Source: an uncultured bacterium (GTDB taxonomy: Bacteria; JAJVIF01; JAPKYR01). Taken from it: a stretch of DNA of 12,361 nucleotides. The notes beneath the pieces are model-generated. The model saw only the letters and a program-made list of their open reading frames with translations. It was not told where the DNA came from and ran no database searches. The stretch's first letter is position 1; every line of letters begins with the position of its first letter. The stretch is taken from assembly GCA_965369865.1 (NCBI GenBank), contig CBDURU010000107.1:1-12361 (forward strand), written 5' to 3'. Shown one piece after another: positions 1 through 5,765 of this stretch. Made by a program: the position numbers and the translations under genes.

Positions 1-134
1 CAGTGCGGGACGCATGCGCTACGGGGCAGTGCGGGACGCATGCGCTACGGGGCAGGCGGGACGCATGCGCTACGGGGCAGTGCGGGACGCATGCGCTACG
101 GGGCAGTGCGGGACGCATGCGCTACGGGGCAGTG
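1..134. repeat. Tandem array of a 26-bp REP-like unit (CAGTGCGGGACGCATGCGCTACGGGG), 5 copies plus a partial one, probably continuing off the window
   Basis: Units at 1-26, 27-52, 53-77 (1-bp deletion), 78-103 and 104-129, then CAGTG. The minus strand reads GTAG-CGCATGCGTCCCGCACTGC, a GTAG foot followed by an imperfect palindrome. There are no spacers. Confidence 0.9.
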
Positions 135-138
135 ATGA

Positions 139-162
139 GGGCGCGGCAAGCAGCGCCCCTAC
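139..162 (-). repeat. GTAG-type REP-like palindrome
   Basis: Minus strand reads GTAG-GGGCGC-TGCTTGCC-GCGCCC. Confidence 0.65.
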
Positions 163-241
163 GATTCGGGAAGTGTGAACGTGAGTCTGAAGATGTTGGT
201 GTAATTAGTCTCTGCGGATGGGAGGTCATATCTGCTTAACA

Positions 242-265
242 GTACCCCGCACGTTAGTGAGGGGT
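242..265 (+). repeat. REP-like imperfect palindrome
   Basis: GT-ACCCC-G-CAC-GTTA-GTG-A-GGGGT. Confidence 0.5.
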
Positions 266-422
266 CTGTCAACGCCCGTTATCGTAGCCCGGTGAACCCG
301 TATGGAAAAGTACAATAATTTAAGATCCGGCGGAAGGGTTCTCGGGGGATAATTAACAATGCTGGATTGGTGTATGGAATTCCCTGGAAGCACCACAAGT
401 CATGGATTGTGGGATCATCGTT

Positions 423-489
423 CGTCCACAAGCTCCGCAAGACAAACTCAGAGTGGGCAGCGTTGGGAGTCGCTTGTGAACGGCACCCG
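423..489 (-). repeat. CGGGTGCCG-headed hairpin element (same family as 702-763)
   Basis: Minus strand CGGGTGC-CGTTCACAAGC-GA...GA-GCTTGTGGACG: an 11-bp stem with one G.T pair, followed by a tandem GA pair. Confidence 0.65.
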
Positions 490-534
490 CACTAGCTTCA
501 TTTTTCATATTTTCCGGAATGTTAAAGTTCATTA

Positions 535-714
535 TTAAGCTTCCTCTACTATCTTTATCTCCTCTTCCGTAAGCTCGTACAGCTCATACACCAGACGATC
601 TATTTGTTGATCGGTTGCGGCGATCTGGCGTTGGAGGGTTTCTTTGTCATGGGGATTTTTGGCGTCGTTAAGCCGCTTGTGGAGGTCGAGCATATGTTCT
701 ACCAGGTCGACCAC
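535..714 (-). pseudogene. Duplicate 3' end (last ~59 codons) of the type IIG RM gene: orphan C-terminal fragment or possible small ORF
   Basis: Translates to VVDLVEHMLDLHKRLNDAKNPHDKETLQRQIAATDQQIDRLVYELYELTEEEIKIVEEA* and aligns without gaps to 1315-1494 at offset 780. 614-713 vs 1394-1493 has 1 mismatch in 100 bp. 543-613 vs 1323-1393 has 18 mismatches in 71 bp, 13 of them synonymous. Confidence 0.9.
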
Positions 715-763
715 CCATAAGCTCGTTCGGCTTTGGCCTCACTCGCGTATGGGCGGCACCCGG
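702..763 (-). repeat. Strand-specific hairpin with two tandem G.A pairs, straddling the edge of the duplicated RM segment
   Basis: Minus strand CCGGGT-GCCGCCCATA-C-GC-GA-GT-GA-GGC-caaa-GCC-GA-AC-GA-GC-T-TATGGGTGGT-cg-ACCTGG. Confidence 0.7.
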
Positions 764-796
764 CTTTGGCCTCACTCGCGTATGGGCGGCACCCGG
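728..796. repeat. Perfect 33-bp tandem duplication (two copies plus CGG)
   Basis: CGGCTTTGGCCTCACTCGCGTATGGGCGGCACC at 728-760 and 761-793; it duplicates one arm of the 702-763 hairpin. Confidence 0.95.
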
Positions 797-806
797 GGGA
801 CTGATT

Positions 807-1046
807 CTAGACTGCCAGTTTGATGGACTCTGACTCGCCGGATTCCTGATTTTCGACAACCAGGGAGCCGAGGTGATCGGCGGTAAGCTGGTCCCTTGCG
901 TTAAGGAGCTCGATGCCGTAGACGCTTCCGTCAGGCGCAATGTCAATGTTCACTTCATCGCTAACCTGAATCGTCTGAACCTGCTCCGATTTCTTGCGGA
1001 AACAGATATACGCGATGTTATGTTTGGGGTCGTATGTAATTTTCAT
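807..1046 (-). CDS. DUF2283 family protein, putative antitoxin
   Basis: MKITYDPKHNIAYICF...VNIDIAPDGSVYGIELLNA matches the DUF2283 pattern (YD..D/N.hYI ... hDh...G.hhGIEhL.A). GAGGAG RBS upstream; 79 aa, acidic. Confidence 0.85.
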   Translation of the reverse strand: MKITYDPKHNIAYICFRKKSEQVQTIQVSDEVNIDIAPDGSVYGIELLNARDQLTADHLGSLVVENQESGESESIKLAV

Positions 1047-1059
1047 GTCCGTCTCCTCT

Positions 1060-1311
1060 CTAAAAGAATCGCGTCAGCACAGTCAGCACAAGCCAGTCGG
1101 AATTCACGCGTACGGCAATTATCTCGACCTGCTTGGTTGCATAGCGCTTCCCCTGCCATAAATCATTATACACGAAATTCCGTCGGAACCTGGTCCTGCC
1201 ATGCCTGGCTGAGTACGTTTCCCCCGTTTCTACCGCGGCAATAATCTCTTCGACTGTCGCTCCACGTTCTATAGAGCGTGTTTTTGCATGTGAGTGTAGT
1301 TTAACTGCCAT
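1060..1311 (-). CDS. DUF4258-like protein, putative RelE/BrnT-like RNase toxin
   Basis: 83 aa, basic. HAKTRSIERGATVEEI fits the HA..Rh.ERgI...EI pattern; C-terminal hVhTV strand. It lies directly upstream of DUF2283, its usual partner, and its ATG directly follows the RM stop (TGA-ATG). Confidence 0.75.
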   Translation of the reverse strand: MAVKLHSHAKTRSIERGATVEEIIAAVETGETYSARHGRTRFRRNFVYNDLWQGKRYATKQVEIIAVRVNSDWLVLTVLTRFF

Positions 1312-4227
1312 TCATTTACTCCCCTCAACGATCCTTATCTCCTCCTCCGTTAGATCATACAACTCATAAACCAGCCTGTCTATCTGAATGTCCGTTGCGG
1401 CGATCTGGCGTTGGAGGGTTTCTTTGTCGTGGGGATTTTTGGCGTCGTTAAGCCGCTTGTGGAGGTCGAGCATATGTTCTACCAGGTCGACCATCCGGTC
1501 GTGAAGGGCTTTGTCCGTGGGATTAGTAAAGTCGATGGTTTGGATTGGAAGCTTGCGGAGGTCAGAGACTAGGACTTTAGGAAAGAGTTGTTTTTTCGCC
1601 TTAGGATTCCTTTTCTGATGATACCAGGTCAAAAGCTGAGAGTTGATTAAGCCAAGAAGGTAATATGGATCGGGCGACTCTTTCTCGATCTTAATTGGTA
1701 TTACATCTCTGCTGTAATATAGTTCGCGATCACAAAATACGGCAACGATCCTCCTTTCAGGACCACCAACAATCTCTTGAACTAGAATTCTCTTTCCAGC
1801 AAAATTCTGTGGATCTCTTGGTGCAGCAAGCCACGGGCCATATTTAATCCAACGATAACCAGTAATTGTTAAGCTGTAGCGTCGAAGATCACGTCCAGCA
1901 ATTTCAGGCTTCCACTCATCACCGAGCCTGACCTTGGAGTGGTATGGCTTTGACCTAACCGTTTCCTTAGTGTGCGCACCACCTTGCGGCTTTTCCCCCT
2001 TCCCGACTTCGTAAGGATTATAACCGGAACAAGGTCTTGCAAACTCCTGAAGCGGCTTGCTACGGGCCACAATCTTTTCTATTACTGCTGTATCTCTCCC
2101 TCCTTCGAATATGGCCATGTAGAAATCAGCATCAATAAACGCTGTCTGGTCATAAACCCGTTTCTCTGATGGCGGACTCTGAAAACCAAGGTCGCTGTAT
2201 ATCTCAATCTCAACTTTTTCAGGCTTTGATCTCTCGATGATAGAAATGAGCGTATTGACTTGAGCATCTTTGAAAACAAGCTCTGACAGCCAAGCAATCT
2301 TTTTGATCCGATAATTACTTAAAATCAAAGAACGTAAAGCATAGGCTGATGGGATTGTAAGCCAAGTGACAGGGACTATGAATCCGTGATGACCACCGTT
2401 GTTAAGAAGACGTAATGATCGTTCATAGAATAAGAAATAGTGTTCGAAACCTCCTTTAGCGGATGTGAACTCTTGCCTAAGGTAAGGTTTAATGTTTTTA
2501 GCGTGAATTAGATGGAATCCATAAGGCGGATTGCCTATCACTGCATCAAATCCAGGATTTTTTCTTTTGAATATTTCGGGGAATTCGGAGTGCCAGTCGA
2601 AAACATTGATCCGGTAACGCTCTTCTTCATCAAGGAAAGTCATCTGGGCGTTATCGTAGAAGTCAGGGCCGATGAGGGAGTTACCGCACTTGATGTTGTT
2701 TCCAAGGTCAGGGAGCGCGCGATCATGGAAAAGGCGGAGGAGGGCATCTATATTTTCGGCGCTTTCACCCTCAAGAACTTTCAGAAGCAGTGTGAGCTTG
2801 GTAACCTCGACAGCCTGGGAGTCGATATCGACACCGTAGATGTTATTTAACAGAATTTTCTTTCGTTCGGATGTCGTGAGTTTCCAGTCGCCGCCAGAGG
2901 CCTGGTAGATCGGTGGTGTTGTCTTCTTAGCCAGTTTTTCAGGATTATGGTTTTCATAATATTTCAGGCGCCAGTCAAGAAGGTACTGGTACGCGCCGAT
3001 AAGGAAGGAACCGGAACCACAAGCCGGATCAAGAATACGCAGCTTCGCTGCCGACCGGGGCGTTTTCTTCTCAAGCATTTTGCCGACCGTGTTGCCCACA
3101 ATGTAATCGACAATGTAAGTGGGAGTGTAATAGACGCCGCCAGCCTTGCGAACTTCCGGTTTTTCCTCGATCTTCGCCCGTCCGCCCTTAGTAAGGCGAA
3201 TGACTTTCCCAAGGAACCTTTCGTAGACGTGCCCGAGGATATCCGCCGGGATGACGGAAAATTCGTAAGGGCTGTCCGGGTAATATAGTCCCTTCAGGAG
3301 ATTTTTAAGTATGGTATCGTCGAGGATAAGATTTGGAGTGAGAGAATCGGGCTCGGGCCTTCCGGTTTCCTTTCTGAAATGGAAAAGCCCGGAGTTGTAG
3401 CGTTGATCGGCTTTTTTATAGAGATCGACAAGCCTGGAATAGAGGTTTTTACCATCGAGGATTTTATTCAATTGACCATACGGTTCAACGCCCCTGTCCT
3501 CACATATTCGGAGGAAAATGATCCTGTCGATAGTAACCTGGACAGCATGATTCAGGTCGCGTTCGGTCAGGCCTCGGTTTCTTAAAGCAATATGTTTCGC
3601 GAGAATTTCCCGCCACTGATCCATTTCCTCAAGAAAAGCGTCATCGACCTCGGCGGTGCCGCGTTTTTTCTTTGTTGATTCAATGAAGCGGTCGAAGGAA
3701 CCTTTAAGGATGGAATCGCGATGGAAAATTCCAGCTATCTCGTCCCACTTTTCTTCATAGTCAGTGTATTTATAATACAGGATACGAGCTTTACTGGCGG
3801 CGTCATTTTTCGCTGGCCTGATCCGGCCACACTCATAAACCGCGAATTCCTCGAAATCTGTCAGGATGGATAATGGGAGCTTGGCAGACCATGCATACCG
3901 TCTGAGTTGAAATGCCGGGTGTTCGCTGGATTTAATATTAACAAATGGTTTTTTAGCTTCGAGGAAGAATTTACGCTGACCGCCGATCCTGAAGCAGTAG
4001 TCCGGGGCTTTAGTGGACTCTCCAATTTTTAAGGAAGGCTCATGAATGACATCCTTGTATGCTTCTGCGTATCCTTTTTCGTTGTCGACATCCCATCCAA
4101 GAGCCTTAAAAAAAGGGTCGATAAATTCACGCCTGACCTGAGTTTCATTGTAGGATTGGAGAGAATAAGAGTCCCTGTTGCGATGGAACCGATCGACAAG
4201 GGATTTAATTTCATCGGGAACCGGCAT
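1312..4227 (-). CDS. Type IIG fused restriction endonuclease / N6-adenine methyltransferase (Eco57I-like, with C-terminal TaqI_C-like specificity region)
   Basis: N-terminal nuclease domain (NETQVRREFIDPFFKALGWD; PDY...FFLEAKK = PD-(D/E)xK), GVYYTP, motif I LDPACGSGSF, IYGVDID, motif IV GNPPY (2521-2532), then the TRD and a conserved helical tail (IDRLVYELYDLTEEEI). AAGGAGG RBS. Confidence 0.93.
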   Translation of the reverse strand: MPVPDEIKSLVDRFHRNRDSYSLQSYNETQVRREFIDPFFKALGWDVDNEKGYAEAYKDVIHEPSLKIGESTKAPDYCFRIGGQRKFFLEAKKPFVNIKSSEHPAFQLRRYAWSAKLPLSILTDFEEFAVYECGRIRPAKNDAASKARILYYKYTDYEEKWDEIAGIFHRDSILKGSFDRFIESTKKKRGTAEVDDAFLEEMDQWREILAKHIALRNRGLTERDLNHAVQVTIDRIIFLRICEDRGVEPYGQLNKILDGKNLYSRLVDLYKKADQRYNSGLFHFRKETGRPEPDSLTPNLILDDTILKNLLKGLYYPDSPYEFSVIPADILGHVYERFLGKVIRLTKGGRAKIEEKPEVRKAGGVYYTPTYIVDYIVGNTVGKMLEKKTPRSAAKLRILDPACGSGSFLIGAYQYLLDWRLKYYENHNPEKLAKKTTPPIYQASGGDWKLTTSERKKILLNNIYGVDIDSQAVEVTKLTLLLKVLEGESAENIDALLRLFHDRALPDLGNNIKCGNSLIGPDFYDNAQMTFLDEEERYRINVFDWHSEFPEIFKRKNPGFDAVIGNPPYGFHLIHAKNIKPYLRQEFTSAKGGFEHYFLFYERSLRLLNNGGHHGFIVPVTWLTIPSAYALRSLILSNYRIKKIAWLSELVFKDAQVNTLISIIERSKPEKVEIEIYSDLGFQSPPSEKRVYDQTAFIDADFYMAIFEGGRDTAVIEKIVARSKPLQEFARPCSGYNPYEVGKGEKPQGGAHTKETVRSKPYHSKVRLGDEWKPEIAGRDLRRYSLTITGYRWIKYGPWLAAPRDPQNFAGKRILVQEIVGGPERRIVAVFCDRELYYSRDVIPIKIEKESPDPYYLLGLINSQLLTWYHQKRNPKAKKQLFPKVLVSDLRKLPIQTIDFTNPTDKALHDRMVDLVEHMLDLHKRLNDAKNPHDKETLQRQIAATDIQIDRLVYELYDLTEEEIRIVEGSK

Positions 4228-4257
4228 GGTGCCGCTGTCCTCCTTGATGGGGAGTTT

Positions 4258-4285
4258 AGCATAATTATGTGATAGGTTGTGTCTA
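4258..4285 (-). promoter_or_regulatory. Possible sigma70 promoter for the RM-TA operon
   Basis: TAGACA-N16-TATGCT on the minus strand, ~30 bp upstream of the start codon. Confidence 0.3.
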
Positions 4286-4393
4286 CTTCAGAGAGGGTTT
4301 TGCAGCAAAGATACAAAAAAACCAAAAAAAAACGCATGAGCAACGGCAACGCATGCAACGCTATCCAAACCTGCGCGGGACTCGCAGGGAACG

Positions 4394-4429
4394 AGATTCC
4401 ATGTGCCGGAGTCACATGCCACGGAATCT
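4394..4429 (-). repeat. GTGG-footed REP-like palindrome inside 7-bp inverted repeats
   Basis: Minus strand AGATTCC-GTGG-CATGTG-ACTCCGG-CACATG-GAATCT. Confidence 0.5.
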
Positions 4430-4472
4430 TGTGCAGGATGCACAAGGGACTGAAGATCATGCGCAGAATGCA

Positions 4473-4560
4473 CATGTTACAAATGTCATGTTACAAATGT
4501 CATGTTACAAATGCATATGATGCAAATGTCATGTTACAAATGCATATGATGCAAATGTCA
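4473..4560. repeat. AT-rich 14/15-bp tandem repeat (6 units) with a 29-bp higher-order repeat
   Basis: ATGTTACAAATGTC x2, then (ATGTTACAAATGCAT-ATGATGCAAATGTC) x2. Confidence 0.9.
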
Positions 4561-4592
4561 AGCACTACAATACCAGCTTAAATTTTCTCGAT

Positions 4593-5489
4593 TCAACCTG
4601 TTCTGATTCTGCGTTTCGTGCGCTTTCGCCGGAGGAATGATAACAATGGATGCAGGAAGTTCTGGCCCGTACTTAACTCGATGAGATCAATGCCCGCCTG
4701 GTTTCGCGCGCGGGTCAGTCCGAGGTCCAGTTTTTCCCTTAACTCCGCGTAGCCTTTCCGAACAAGCGGATTGTTTGTGTCGATCAGTAAGACCTCTCCG
4801 GATTCGGGATCCTCGATCTCGACAAGCCCCACTTTCGGGAGTTCCCGTTCCCAGCGGTCCGAGATTCGGACTAACACTACATCGTGTTTGAACGACAGCA
4901 CTTTCAGCGGTCGGGTGAGGTCCTCATCGGTAAGGAAATCCGAGATGATAAACACAACGCCGCGTTTTTTCGATATCCTGCCTAAATAGGCTATCCCGGA
5001 CTCGATCGATGTCCCTGTTCCGGTCGGCTGCTGGTACAAAAGGGCTTCGATAATCCTCGCGAGCTGCCGTTTTCCTTTTTTGGGTGGGAGGGATTTCTCA
5101 ACGCGGTCGGAAAACAGGGTGATTCCCACCTTGTCGTTACGGCTGATACCTAGCCACGCGATTGTCGCGCCGAATTCGACAAGAAGGTCCTGTTTCAGGC
5201 TGCCGATGGTCCCGAAATTTCTCGACTGGCTGATGTCGACCAGAATGTTGATTTTCAGTTCCCGTTCCTCGATATATTCCTTCACATAGGGGGAATTCAT
5301 CCGAGCGGAGACGTTCCAGTCGATCAGGCGTACATCATCGCCCTCGGTGTACGGACGCACCTCGGAAAATTCGAGACCGTGACCCTGGAACGCGGACGCG
5401 TACTCACCAGAAAGGAGGGAGTCGACAAGCCGCTGGGTTTTAATACGTACCCGTTTGATTTTCTTGATTATGTCGCGCTGCCTGGTCAT
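4593..5489 (-). CDS. DUF58 domain / vWA-like protein (MoxR AAA+ ATPase partner family)
   Basis: GEYASAFQGHGLEFSEVRPYTEGDDVRLIDWNVSAR...YVKEYIEERE is the DUF58 signature. MIDAS-like DISQS, plus GTGTSI and ISDF. Confidence 0.92.
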   Translation of the reverse strand: MTRQRDIIKKIKRVRIKTQRLVDSLLSGEYASAFQGHGLEFSEVRPYTEGDDVRLIDWNVSARMNSPYVKEYIEERELKINILVDISQSRNFGTIGSLKQDLLVEFGATIAWLGISRNDKVGITLFSDRVEKSLPPKKGKRQLARIIEALLYQQPTGTGTSIESGIAYLGRISKKRGVVFIISDFLTDEDLTRPLKVLSFKHDVVLVRISDRWERELPKVGLVEIEDPESGEVLLIDTNNPLVRKGYAELREKLDLGLTRARNQAGIDLIELSTGQNFLHPLLSFLRRKRTKRRIRTG

Positions 5490-5513
5490 GCGGTTAATAC
5501 ACTATAAAGGCTG

Positions 5514-5674
5514 GTGCGGTTTGCTTCAAGAGTGCCGTTTGCTTCAAGCAATCGGATACATGTTTCGGTCGCTTCCAGCGATTGTGTTTTCATCGGCGTA
5601 AAACGATTGCAGGATGCAAACGGTACACATACCCGATAGCTGGAAGCTAACGGCACGTTGGAAGCTAACGGCAC
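5514..5674. repeat. 161-bp imperfect palindrome (REPIN/BIME-like) built from 3 forward and 3 reverse GTGCCGTTWGCTTCCAGC-type units
   Basis: Forward units start at 5514, 5532 and ~5561; reverse units end at ~5626, 5656 and 5674. The outer spacing is 18 bp on both sides. Confidence 0.85.
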
Positions 5675-5765
5675 AGATGAGTAACTTTTATCAATGGTTG
5701 GATGATAATAAATTTAAAGAAGTTCATGTGTCGCTAACATAATCTTTTCGATGTATTATTGAGCC

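Noticed and set aside
1..134. CRISPR array (also considered for 728-796, 4473-4560 and 12126-12361)
   Set aside because: The repeats are head-to-tail or nested without unique spacers, and there are no cas genes.
3..239. 78-aa ORF
   Set aside because: It is a translation of the 26-bp tandem repeat, with no RBS and no protein-like features.
423..796. Integron attC sites flanking the TA cassette
   Set aside because: There are no RYYYAAC...GTTRRRY boxes at the hairpin ends and no integron integrase; the resemblance is only architectural.
668..946. 92-aa minus-strand ORF (and the 873-1244 plus-strand ORF)
   Set aside because: They overlap the better-supported TA genes in another frame or strand, and the former reads through the 33-bp repeat.
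535..1494. Diversity-generating retroelement TR/VR pair at the 3' end of the RM gene
   Set aside because: The mismatches are not adenine-specific (only 7 of 19 are A on the coding strand of the downstream copy). They are mostly synonymous, and no reverse transcriptase is in the window.
4029..4581. ORFs 4029-4475, 4042-4272, 4269-4520, 4279-4581 and 4288-4473
   Set aside because: They overlap each other, run through A-tracts and tandem repeats or the RM gene, and show no recognisable motifs.
5486..5674. 62-aa ORF upstream of DUF58
   Set aside because: It coincides with the palindromic repeat element; the repeated peptide simply mirrors the DNA repeat.
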